DNA from: Amphiscolops sp. MND2022 | Lineage: Eukaryota | Direction: 5' to 3' | NCBI GenBank assembly: GCA_964187785.1 | Contig: OZ076420.1 | Coordinates: forward strand, 44,516,001 to 44,580,000 | Length of the DNA: 64,000 bases | Shown here: one piece after another, positions 39,997 through 52,000 of the stretch | Layout: the number at the start of each line of letters is the position of its first letter | Numbering within the stretch: position 1 is the first letter of the stretch | The notes under the pieces: generated by a model | Told to the model about the DNA's origin: nothing | Database searches by the model: none | The model's input: the letters and a program-made list of their open reading frames with translations, nothing else | Made by a program: the position numbers and the translations under genes

Positions 39997-41444
39997 CAGG
40001 GTTGTAAATATATATATTGAAACCTGAAAATACCTTATGGCCCTAAGCTTATCAGCAAAAAAAATAATGGCCGTAATGGCCAGATTATGGAAAAAATGGA
40101 AAAACCAGATTACCACAGTGAAAAAATAAATTCACAAAAACATCAATTGTTTTTCAAGAATGATTCGATGGTTTTGACATCCCAATGAGTTTTGTTGAAG
40201 TTCAAGAAGATCTGTGACTCCATATTGTACAAGGTACCCATTCCAGATTGCTCTTTTTATCCGTTTTTGCACGCTTTGCCAGAAGGGTTCGTTCCACAAA
40301 TGAGAGTTCACTGGGTCGTATTTCCACAATTTCTTCGAAACGATCAATAAAGAGTTGCTCGTCTTTGTTCAGCGACTGGCCATTACAATTCTTAGTTACA
40401 ACTTTCAAAAACTGATGAATGAACTATGGTTGCAAAGGAATGAAAATTGCTCCAACAAAGAGTTAAAAAGGGCGCGAGCGCGAGCATCACTAATTGGGAC
40501 GGTATCCTTCAGTAAATGTTTTGAAACGGACGACTCAAAATCTTTCAAAGTGTTAAATGAAGCACGTAGCCTCGCATCTTCAGTTGCTGATGGTATGAAA
40601 TCTTTAACGTCATCATCATAAACGTCAATGATCTCCTTCAATTCAAAATACCTTTGTATCATTTCGACTGAAGTAAGTAAAGTGATATGCTCATATTTGT
40701 CCACCAACCAAGAAGACCACTTTTTTGAGGCATGATTTAGGTTTTTTTCAACGGCTTTGTCAATAAATCCAGATACTGCAATGATTCTTGGTCGTGATAA
40801 AGGCTCCAATTTGAAATATTTGAGTGTTCTTTCTTTTTCAACCAAACTGAAAGGGTGTCTTTCATTAATGACCCAGTCGATCCAACTAAATATGTTGTTC
40901 GCTTGCTTGTTACACGAAGAAAATGTAGAAAAATTCAACGATCCTGAACCTGAACCTGAGGGTAGTTTTGTTTTCCAGTCAGGATGTGACGATTGTGAAT
41001 GAGTTATCAAGTTTTGGTAGTTTTTTGACGTCTTTTTGATAACGTGAACCACATAGAATACACTAAATTGTTTTCTCCAGCAGAAGAAAACAATAACTCA
41101 ACGACTTGGTTGATGCTAACCATCTTTAAAGTTCCTTGAGTTGAATGGTTGAAATTGAAGCACGGAATCAGTTAAAAACAAAAGTAACACTGAAATACAT
41201 ACAGCAGAGACAAGAGTGTTTACTGCGTAGCCAAAATAACTGACCAAACATTGTTAAAACTAGTGAACAAACACAACAATTACGTATTCCATAAGTGCGA
41301 ACGTTCCGCCATTATGGCCTAATATGGCAATAAATCCTTTGCCGAAGCCATCCATTATTTCCATATTAGTTTTAGCACCAAAATATTATGGCAGACCATA
41401 ATATGGCCATAATGACCCTAAACCAATATTGTTTTACAACCCTG
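39997..41444 (-). mobile_element. hAT-superfamily DNA transposon, internally deleted (1448 bp)
   Basis: Perfect 12-bp TIR CAGGGTTGTAAA, perfect 8-bp TSD ACTTCGAG (39989-39996 and 41445-41452), subterminal ATGGCC/TTATGG repeats and a transposase remnant. Confidence 0.93.
40143..41123 (-). pseudogene. Frameshifted, internally deleted hAT transposase
   Basis: Across frames: MVSINQVVELLFSS..CILCGSRYQK..NLITHSQSSHPDW (BED-finger-like), WIDWVINERHPFSLVEK, EMIQRYFELK, KDFESSVSKHL, ARALFNSLL, SFVERTLL..LEWVPCT, ESQIFLNFNKTHWDV*. The catalytic core appears to be missing. Confidence 0.8.
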
Positions 41445-41744
41445 ACTTCGAGTGAAAAAAAATTAAAACTGTTAGGCAAAATTGAATGAAGAGTGAGATT
41501 ACAGAATTTTTGGGTAATGTCGACCTTTGTTCTGCCCGAAAGACTTCATTTCCCACACGATCGTGGAGCTCATCTATTTTCCAACATTTGATGTTCGTTT
41601 TCCTCTTCCATCTGGTCTGAAAAGTATCCAACTATTTATTTTCCTCCCACAAATAATGGGAGAGGAAAATCATATTCTGTGTTGCGTTTTGTTTACCAAA
41701 TTCTGCCAAATCTCTACTTTATTACCCCATTCTAGTAATTTCTT

Positions 41745-41814
41745 GTCACCATGGCGGAGTTGGTAGTGCGTGTGCCTAGCAGACACGAGGTCGTGAGTTC
41801 GAATCCGTGCTGAC
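41745..41814 (+). mobile_element. tRNA-Ala(AGC)-derived SINE head / tRNA pseudogene
   Basis: tggcggagttggtagtgcgtgtgcctagcagacacgaggtcgtgagttcgaatcc aligns with metazoan tRNA-Ala (GGTAGAGCGCATGCTTAGCATGCATGAGGTC..GGTTCGATCC). Acceptor stem pairs 6/7 but the T-stem is broken. Confidence 0.6.
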
Positions 41815-42316
41815 GCGTTGCATTTCTATCGGAAATTATCCCAGTGCTTTGCGGACGTCTTGTTTCTTTTGGACTGTAGATCGATCTACGACTCTGTCTT
41901 TATTCTGTTGGCTACCGTACGGACAAAACTCATATCAAGTGACAACTCATATCAATTTGAGAGAGCGATAATTCATATCAAGCAATAACTCATATCAATC
42001 GAAACATCAAAAAATTAAAACCCATATAAAACATTTCTTCCAAATTACATCATTAGATGATCAGAGAAAATTAGTTTATGAAAAAGTAATTTTTAGAAGT
42101 TATCAAATAGGAAAAAGGTTTTAGAGTAAGAATATTTTATAAATAAAACGTATAGTGTCATTTATAATCACTTCCGTATCCCACCTTCATCCAAAAGGGT
42201 TACAGAGAAACGAATCTTGAGTACAAAGTATAAAATGCGAAATTTTTCCAAAAATACTTTGAAATTTTTATTTGCTGGTATTTATATTTTGTTCTTGAAT
42301 TATATGGACAAACCAT

Positions 42317-43410
42317 TTTTAGTCGGCGCATTTCTAGAGAAAAGAGTCGACTATAGTCATGGCTCTCCCTCTGAATTTTTTAATTTAAAAAGATATTCGA
42401 TACACCAGAGTGACCAAAATAGTACTACTATATGTAACAGCAAGCGCTGAGCGATTGGATCGCAACATTAGAGTGGAGGAACTGGTACCATGGATATAGT
42501 CCGGGACAAACCACCATGATATAAACTCACTTTGTCCTATTAAGGATAGCCGGTCCCGAGGAGGGGGAAACGTCTCTAGGGACGTTCTCTGGCCTGATAC
42601 CAGTCTGAAACTGCTAAAAATCACAGGAATTGTGCTTTCTTCTCACAACCACCGCGTAAATAGCTCATAAAAACAACAAGGTAGTTTAGATCTGAATTTC
42701 ACCAATGGAAATCTCTATAAAAGCACATTTTAGGAGTAGCCCTCGAGCTAAAAATTAATCAAACATATAGGATAATTACTACAACAAAGTCCAGTTTTGG
42801 CGAAGTGGGTGGGCTTCCGGGCGACATGGCACCAGCGGTCGAGCTGAGCACAACCCCCGGGCACCGGCACTGCAATTAAGCCGTCATGCTGCTTTCCGGA
42901 TCAGTCCTGCAAAACCATGATTCAGCAGGCAAACACCGTGGATTTAGGCACTTTTGCTGTCTTTTTTGACCAATTCGTGCTTGTTCACAAGTTCTCTTTT
43001 CGTCTCTCTTCACGGGGCACCTCTTTTGCTGTCTTTTTATGATTTCTGCTGCCAGGTACTTTGCCAAAACCATGTTCCAGTGCCACGTCAGTTTTGAACG
43101 AATTTTTCAAAAATTTGCCAAAATTTCGTTGATCATAGGATGACGTTACAATAAAATTTCTACAAAATTTTAAGACGACGCCCAATTGTACCCGTTGACC
43201 CATAGAATTGAACCAAAGAGGTTTTCCGCGTAACATACATTACCGGACGGGCCCAAAGGGTCCTCTTTTACTTTTTTCGGCATTCCGAGACTTTTTTCGA
43301 ATTTTTTTCAAAAAAGGGTCCCCGATTCATCAATACATTGACATTTTGATGTCCTTTTCCTATTTTTGAGCCTTAGATATGGCGCCGACTTGGGCTGGTC
43401 CCGGCTTGTT
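42317..43410 (+). mobile_element. Helentron/HINE-like non-autonomous rolling-circle element, copy 1 (about 1.09 kb)
   Basis: 5' T-run plus agtcggcgc (42321) and its inverted partner gcgccgact (43382), followed by a short gggctggtccc hairpin and cttgtt. The ~80-bp 3' end and the aaagggtcc block are shared with 60370-60798. Confidence 0.55.
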
Positions 43411-44524
43411 GTAATTGACTTAAGTTGTCGTTTGATATGATTCGTCGGCTTTTTGATAAGATATGAGATGTCGTCTGATTGCTTTCTCTCTGATTGGTTA
43501 CGACTGAAGGCTGCTCGTTTCTCTTCTTGTGGCTGATGCTCGGGTGTCAGATGCATCCATAAATTTTGACACTCAATTTCGTTGCGTTATCTTGTTCCCA
43601 ACAAAATAAAATCTATAGATTTGATTTTTCATATAATTTTCACTCTATCTCTTGGATATGATTGGTTGAAGAAAACAGTGAGTGAAATTTGATAGTTCTC
43701 CCCCTAGTGTGAAACCTTGTTGAGTTCTCAAAAGGAATCTTGCATTTTCGTGGAGCCCTTGATCAGAATCTTGGCAAGAGTTTCACCAAGTGCGCCAAAA
43801 ATAAGTACGATCTTAGCAAGAGTTTCAGGAGAAAAGCCAACAAAAGTGAATTCAACTGAGCAAAAACCGACGAGATTTGATCATTGTCTCTTTTATGCTA
43901 ATACATCCTGATTTTCAATACTTTGTGTTGTTATATGACCAACACTTCAAAGAATGATAGTGTCGCTGGTAGTGCGAACAATAGCAATGTAATTGTGAGC
44001 AAGATTTGTTCGTTTCGCAAGTTGATTTACTTCTTTAAAATTTGATAGGACTCCTAATAAGACTCCTAATAGGAAATTCAAGAGGTTTGGGTGGAGCAAA
44101 AATAAACAAGATCTTATCAGGACTTTCAAAAATAAACAGGAATGTGTAAGAATATGCAAGATCTTGGCAAAAGTCTCATGATATTTTGGACCACACGCGG
44201 GCAAGACAAGAGAGATGTTTTCAAGAAACGTTCCGTAAGCGCAAAGAGGCATAGGGCTTATAATAGAAAAAGAAACAAACCAAATTTGTCCGAATTTTTG
44301 AAAAATTAAGTCCTTACTTGACCTTCAATCTAAATCATTTGTGCTTGTCTAGGTTAAAATTTCAAGCCTTTGACGGAAAGAGTTGAATCAAAATCTGCTT
44401 TTAGTCCGCGCATTTTAAAACAAATTTTATCATCTATTAGTTTACCGTATAATTTTTTCCAAACCACAGAATGTACCCTATATGTATCGTCCACTTTTCA
44501 GCAGACTTCCCCGCTCAAGTCTCG

Positions 44525-44580
44525 CTATTACCTTAGTGGTTAGAGTGCGTGCTTCGCAAGCAGCAGTAGTTCGAATCTCC
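44525..44580 (+). mobile_element. Degenerate tRNA-Ala-like SINE head
   Basis: tagtggttagagtgcgtgcttcgcaagc..gttcgaatc resembles the tRNA-Ala(CGC) D and anticodon arms and B box; variable region shortened. Confidence 0.4.
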
Positions 44581-46261
44581 AACATATCTGCGAGTTAGCG
44601 TTGTCGGCGAAGTGGGACTAAATAGATCCGCCAACAAAATGATGGAAATATCCGGCAAACATTCTGGGCAATGACGCGTTTCAAAATTTGAACTCTAAAA
44701 GACGCTCATCTAAATAATAACAGCCCGGCCATATCATAAATTATAATCAACAGAAATCCATCTTGGCACGGTTTTTATTCTTTTGAGTACAATAGACGTT
44801 TTTACTACGTTTTCTCACAAAGCTTTTGTCCTCAATTGTCTGTGATGCTAGACAAACTGTCTCGTCAAATAAACAACCCGAAAATACATTCGTCTGGTTC
44901 TTTGTTTACTGCCTGGTTAACCAAGAAATAGAAACCAAGATGTTCTTATTGAATGTTTTCAATCGAAGCCTTTGTTTGATGATTTTCTGTTGCAAAAATG
45001 CGTTGCAAAAATTCTTCGAAAAATTTATTGTAGAATCTCTCAAACTTTTGCGTAACGATGAGGCAAAGAGAACAATTTGTAGCATGTTTTGCCTGCCACA
45101 TTAAAACGTATGCGATTGAAACTTCATCCAATTTTAAAAAGCAATGAATAAAATCTCACTCTTTTCTACTCTTCGGATGAAATTATGACCCAAAGAACGT
45201 GATGAATATCGATCATGCGCAGAGTTCACATGTATCGGACATGAAAGCACAAGGAGTTTCCCTGGAATATATATTTTTTAAAATTTCAAACATTCAAAAA
45301 GTTTAAAAGAAAATTTCAATAGGGGTATTTCAATAGGGAAAGAGGAACGAAAACAACCACAGCGCTACCTGTGATAATAATAAAGGGTTTGCCATTCTTT
45401 TTCCCCCAACCCCCTCCCCCCACACTCATATCGACTATTTCCGCGTGGACAAGTAAAGGTACACCTCTAAGGTGCAACATGTAACCTACTTTTGCTTTTT
45501 GACATAAGCATTCTAGAGAGACAGAGACATTGTAGGTTTCTACTGAAATGGTAAATGAGTTTTCTAATTGGATACAAAATACATTAGGGTAATTTTCCTC
45601 GAGTAATTTCCGCTCAGTGTTTTCAAATTCAGACGCAGATTAAAACAGGATGCAATAAATGATGCAAGATAGAAAATTCGCATCACGGGAATGAAAATGC
45701 CTCGGCGAATGGAGCGACAATAATGAGATTGCCTTGCCGTAGTTATAACATGGTTATAACATGGAAGCCATTATTGCTGTTTTATCAAGGCCTAACGCTA
45801 TTCTAATAACGCTATTAAAAAATCCCTATTGAGGAAAGGTGAGAAAATCAATAAACTGAAAAGGCAATTGGAGTTTTTCCTTTGAATTACTCGTCTTACT
45901 CACATGATATACATTTTCTATTACATTTTTTTGGAAATCCCTGAAGTCCAGAAAGTAATAATTTCTTGTTTGACAGTATCAGAAACGACAACAAAAACGA
46001 GAACCCTTTAGACCTCTTCAAACTAAAGGGTCTTTTGAAATGAAAAAACTTCAGCATTGCAAATTGTAAAACATGTGCCAAAACAGCTTCGCAAATTATT
46101 TCAAAATGAGTGAAAATTAAACAGAAGATTTTTCAAGCATTATGTATTCATCTCACCATCTCCATAGCATATCGGAGGTATTCTGTAGTACTTTCCGTGG
46201 CCTTCGACAGGATTGGAAAAACTTCGTAATCCACTGTTATTGTCGCGTTGAAAATGATCAT

Positions 46262-46990
46262 CATGTTGATTGAATGCCCTACCAATCAAACCGTATCACT
46301 TCAACTTGACTAAGTACTGAACTTCGCGACGGTATTGCTCTCAGATATAGCTGGGAACCAAGTCATCTGCCAGCCACATGCCCCTATGGTCCAATGTTTT
46401 CAATCTTGCACGCCCTTCATTGCCCCAAAGGAGGTTATACACATATGAGACACGATGCCATCCGAGATACTTTTGCTGAGCTCATGAACGAAGTTTGCCA
46501 CAATGTCGACATCGAACCTCATCTTCAATCGTTACAAGGCGAGACATTCGACCATCGAACCACGACCACTGAAGATGCAGCTAGACTGGACATAAAAGCG
46601 AATGGACTCTGGGGGACTCGCTGTAGCAAAACCTACTTTGATGTGAAGAACTTTAACCTTTTGGCAAAGAGCTGCGCGAAGTCAATTCCTGATGCCTATA
46701 CATTCCACGAGTCGCAGAAACGGCTGAAAAATGAGCAAAGAGTCTTCGAAGTCAAAAATTCAAGCTTCAAACCTTTAGTCTTCGCGTGCACTAATCGGGA
46801 GCGGGACCAACAGCAACCAAGGCTATGAAAGATCTCGCCGCGAAAATATGCGAGCAAAAGGACGCGTGCTATGCAGATGCTATCGCATAAATCAGAACTA
46901 AGCTAAGCTTTGCACTGCTCCGAAGCTCGACCCTCTCCATGAGAGGTAGCAATTCGACAAAAATAGAACCTAACCAATTTGTTGATTCCA
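46262..46990 (+). mobile_element. 5'-truncated, decayed non-LTR retrotransposon with restriction-like endonuclease (CRE/HERO-like) C-terminus
   Basis: LNALPI..ELRDGIALRYSW..LPATCPYG.FSILHALHCPKGG..RHDAIRD..EPHLQ..ARLDIKANGLWG...YFDV..PLVFA..IRTKLSFALLRS..MRGS: a CCHC-type knuckle remnant plus PD-(D/E)xK-type RLE motifs, with frameshifts and stops. Confidence 0.85.
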
Positions 46991-47936
46991 CCTTGTTGTG
47001 CCATCATTGAGGAAGGAAGACTGTCTCAAAAGAACTAATGCTCCGACTTTTTAAAACGTGGTTGAGAAAGCTGCCTGGGAAGGTAAACTTTTTTGAAGAG
47101 ATCACATTATGAATCAGCAAACAGAAACTACCGAAAAAAAACTTTCTGAGTAAGTTCCCAAAACTTTCGAGGAAGGGGTAATTCCTCAGTAACACCCAAA
47201 TGGAACAAATACTTTTTTGGAAAAACCTTTTCCGGTCAGGATCCAGGCAGATGTCTCCCATTTTATTTTCGTTTTTTGACCCTATTTTTAACGCGTTTCA
47301 TCATTGAATGTATTTTTATGCTAATGGTATTGTGATGTCTTCATTTTAGTTTACTATTAGGAAAAAATTATTGTCGCGTTATATAACTCCTGGCAATCTT
47401 GGCACGAATGCCGCATATTGCCCAAGATCTTGAACGATCTTGCAGAATCCCTACCAAGATTTAGCCAAGACCTCACGTAATCTTGTCAAGATGTTGCCAA
47501 GAGTTCCGAGATGTCAAACGCCGAATACGCTTATGAAGGACAATGATGTCATCTTGATTGTTGTCCCATTTTCTGTCGACTCTATATGAAATGAAGACCA
47601 TTAATAATTTTTTCTAAACCTTGGAAGTTACCAAAATATCTATACCAAAAGTTCTGCATTTTCTTTTTTCATTTAACTCGCAGAGGGGTCTTCCTTCGAT
47701 TGGGAAAAAAAGCATTTTTACAGTGTTGAGATCTTTCAAAATACGGAATCTGGACATTTTCACGACACTTTACTGTTTTTGAATCTTAACATTTTAGCCG
47801 CCTTGAGTTGTTTTTTGAAATACTCACCTCAGTTGTTCATGATCAGAGAGAAAGAGAAAGAGAATGTTCATTTCCCCAATTCGGTGGCGTGGACGACGAA
47901 TAAGCAGCTTTGCTTTTCTTAGTCGGTGGCCTTTTG

Positions 47937-48097
47937 GAAACTATGGTACCATATTTGCAGCCAAGTGGTCAAGCAATAGTCGACTTGAATCTGTGGTTTC
48001 ACAGTGACTTGCTCAAGGTCACAAAAGGTCTGACTGCTCATCGTTGCTCTTTTTGTTTGGTGTTTTCTCGGCCAAATGCGTTATTTTTTGCCATTGA
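47937..48097 (-). mobile_element. Partial copy of the CORE-like SINE at 13582-13880
   Basis: Reverse complement matches 13705-13870, including gagcagtcagacc-tttgtgaccttgagcaagtcact. Confidence 0.75.
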
Positions 48098-48524
48098 CGA
48101 TACCAATAGGAAACTATTGGTGAAGTCATGATCTGAATTCACTTGATCAACTTCACTTCTGTCCCTTTCAAGCCTTTCCAAGCAGACCCTCTACAGTTTT
48201 GACGCTATCTTGTTCAAATGTCAGAAGCGAAATTACTCCGAAGATTGATGGCCTGAACAACTCTGTTGATGACAGTTACCATGAACTTACCAAAAAAGAA
48301 GGGATACCAATTCAGTGGTTTTCACAGTGTATTCGTTGAGTATTATTGTTAATGGGATCAAATAACCAATCTATCAAATTCTACGAATGTGCACCGAGGT
48401 ATTTTTTCGCTTTGTACTAATATCTTTTTTCATATGGTATGTAGTCTTAGGCAGTAGCGAATCTACCAACAAAAGATTTGAATTTTGTTCAAAGATTCAT
48501 TTCGGAAATACATTGCTATAATAT

Positions 48525-49073
48525 CCCGGGTTGGTATAACATTTAGTCAAAATATTGTTTTCATATTTGGAAACTAGATATCATACAAAAAACTTAATGA
48601 TCATTGTATATGGTCATTGTATGATCTAAATGTTCTATAAGAGGCCTGCATCTTTTCCTTAAAATTATGGTAAAACTCAGTTTATTCCTAAGAAACTTAT
48701 CGAATAGTGATGGTCTTCGGCTGTTTAAGCTGGAGGTGGAATCGGAGATCACTACATCGTGCCCTCCGGTACCCTTGCTATGGGAAACGGATGCATTGAA
48801 GATTTTTGCATTCGCAAGTTATAAAGATGTTACAAGTTAATTACACATCTTTTTATATTAGCATTAACTCTTTTGTTACAGCCATAACCCTTTTTCAGAG
48901 ACGTTTTTGCTTTATACGAGATTTAATCATGAATTAATTAGCATCAGATAGCAGAAATCGGTGATTGTAATGATGTTCTTACGTTGTCGATAAAAATGGG
49001 TAAATTGGTTGAGAAGCAGCCAATAATTCTTCAACCTGAGTGTAAATGTTTTTCGTATGGAGGTCAACCCGGG
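48525..49073. mobile_element. Possible degraded TIR element with cccgggttg termini
   Basis: cccgggttg at 48525 and caacccggg ending at 49073. The right end (cgtatggaggtcaacccggg) also matches the reverse complement of an orphan terminus at about 2854-2875. Confidence 0.35.
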
Positions 49074-52000
49074 TGTATATTTTGCATAGGACGAATACAA
49101 GGGGCTCAGAATCCTAAAAACTTCTTTCATCTACCATTTTCGCCCAAATTAATATCTTTCAAAGGACAATTTCAGTTAATTGACTGTAACACTCTCCTCC
49201 TTTATCGAATAAACTTCGTTCCATGGAGGCGGCCACTGGCTGCAACGATTGCGCAATTTCTTTCCAGTCTGGAAAACTCCACATATTTTCAATTTGCATG
49301 TTCATACATAAGCAGCGTGGCTGCTAACCTCCCCAGACGTTTATAATGTTGTTATTGATTACTCGCTTGTTTTCTACAGTCTACAGAGCCACGTGACTTT
49401 GCATCTGTAGCCCCCTAGGGACAAAATTACTGTGAAATCTAAAAGTATCGATAGGGACCCAAATTTCAAATTAACATGTGACTCCAAGGGTTCAAAAACA
49501 AGACTTCCAAAGATGGAATTGGAGACAGAAAGTCTCTTAAGCGAGAATGCATCTAAGGTAATCAGGGTCGAAAGAACGGAATTTTTGTAGCTGCGAATGC
49601 TTATATTCTAATTTCCATTTTATATGAATGGCTAAAAAGTTTTTCAATCTTTATTAGGACAGGGTTGTATCAGACTAATGTTGAAGCTCGGGAAAAACTC
49701 GGAAAAATAAGACACTCGGTTCAAATTGGATATAGTTACCTTGTTTACCTCCATAAGAAGTCATATTTAGTGATATATGAATTCAGTTCTGTCTTACTAT
49801 GACCGTACAAAATACAAACCATGCAAAACATACAATGGCCATCATTTAAATGACTAAAAAAGTTTGTATCAACTGTTATATTTGAGTCGTCAATTCTCGT
49901 CTTCTTAGAGCCGAGTGCTGGATTTTAAGAACAAAATAAAACCGGGACCTCTTCGGGCAGAAGTGCATTAGGTAAGATAAAGAACTTCATTCCTTATAGC
50001 CGAGATACCGAGCGAACAGAAAGCGCTTTGTAGATAATTGGTTGAAGTCTCAATACACTTAAAAGTACTAATTGACACGCTGCAAAATGACGCTCTGACA
50101 ACTCGCTGCGAAAGATTTTGTTGTTGAATATGGAATAAGGACACACGGTGGAAACGAATAGTCCCCTGCATTTAGAGACGAGGGCTGACCTGGCTTGTAG
50201 TTCGGACAATGTTACTTCACGTGAAAAATAGGTTCCATAAATTAAAAAAAACTTTCTGGTGATGCTATGACTTTCAGGTTTTCCATAAAAAGGCTATAGT
50301 AAAGCAGTTATAGTGAAAAGTTTATTTCTCGCGAAACTAGTAACATACTGCGGTATAGAATGAAAATGGTACCATGGACTACGCCACTTTTACCTACCGC
50401 ATCAAAATCCTACTCTTGGAGTTCTTTGAAAACGCGAACTGAAAAGATGTTACTTACAAAATTTTACACCTGAGCTCTTTTGTTAAAGCCGAACTCAATT
50501 TTAGGGAGATTTTAGCTATATTTCAGATTATTCAAGGTTGTTTCAATTCTAGATTAAAGATGTAACGCGTTTTTCATACCAAAAAAGACCCCGTTTTTGA
50601 TAAAATAGGCATTGTGCGACTTTCAATAAAAAAACTTTACTTCCATAAGCGTTTTCACCTCCGATTTTTTGAGATTTCTTGAAGATTCTTTTCGTAAATA
50701 ATTTAAATTTTGAGCGCGGAAAGCTTTTCACAAGAACCTAAGTCTATCAGAAAAAAAACGATTTTCGTCTCACCCGCGTATTCGAGATCTCTCAGTAGAT
50801 CAAGTTATTCGGTTCTCGTGGAATGATTACAAAAGTGGAAGTAAAATTCGAGTTAACTTTCATGAAAAAAGTCAATATTATTTTTATAACAATGATCACT
50901 AACTAACAACTATTCGCGAGTAGCAAATTATTTTGAAGCAAAAACTACACGTTCACAACTGGGAGAAACCTAATCCCTAGCTCCGGAGCAAGCGACAAAC
51001 CAGTTGTTTCTTCTCAGCCAAATTTCTTGCCCATGTCTCAGGTCCCAACTCGCTTGTAGCTCTCTAACTCAGATGTGTCTATTCCTAATAAATCCAATTC
51101 CGCCTCGGTTATAGCTCTTTTTCGCAAGTGCTTAGGATGGTTACATCTCCACTTTGCATCACACATATCATTTTTATTATTGAGCGTCAACATCTTGAGT
51201 TTTCATGTGTTTTCAAATCCCTTTATGGCATGGCCAACGCCACTGATTATACGTCAACTAAACATTCCTTGCATCCGAGGACAAATAGTTCAACATCTTG
51301 TTCGAAATTCACAGTTTCAAGAAAATGGATCCGTGACCTTTAAGTAGATGGCTTACAAGTTCTCTACACGTAGGTGGTACTTCACGTCGAGATGAATGCG
51401 GCTTAACGCGAATCTTATCACCGACCTAAAATGCATAAGCAATCACGCAAATGACGCTGACTCACATGTTTGTCGTACGCGTTTCCTATATGCTCAGGGG
51501 TCGCCCCCTTTAGGTGACTTTGAGGACCCTCTGTGACCTTGAAGTTGTTTGTAGTGATCCAAAATTGGTACATGGCAAGTTATATAGTTCTAGGGTCATT
51601 GGTTTTCGAGTTATATGCTAAGCGTGTTGTTTGTTTACCTAAGACGGTTGTCATGATGGCCTAAAATACAATTTCATTCAGCTTAGTCATCGACTGGAAT
51701 CAATTTTGTGGTTCGGTGGAGATATTACAACCCAAGGTCAGACGCCGAGTCCTCGCGTCGGGTGCCGCGTACCTTAGGCAAACAATACTCCATGGGCAAT
51801 AGACAAATTAATGTATGTTTTATGTACTTTAGTTAGGGTTGATTAGTTAGTATCTTGGACAAGATTCATGATTGTATTAAGTAAATAGTAAAAATTTAAT
51901 GACATTCGGGGTTTGTTGACCTAGGATTCCTGGTCCCTATCCACGCATTGTAGAGGTCCGAAATGGCGTGCAATTGTCATAATATGTTCCCGCCGGTCAG

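Noticed and set aside
41745-41814. Functional tRNA-Ala gene
   Set aside because: T-stem does not pair and the anticodon stem has a mismatch; better explained as a SINE head or pseudogene.
45400-45425. G-quadruplex on the minus strand
   Set aside because: Only three clear G-tracts; not a canonical four-tract motif.
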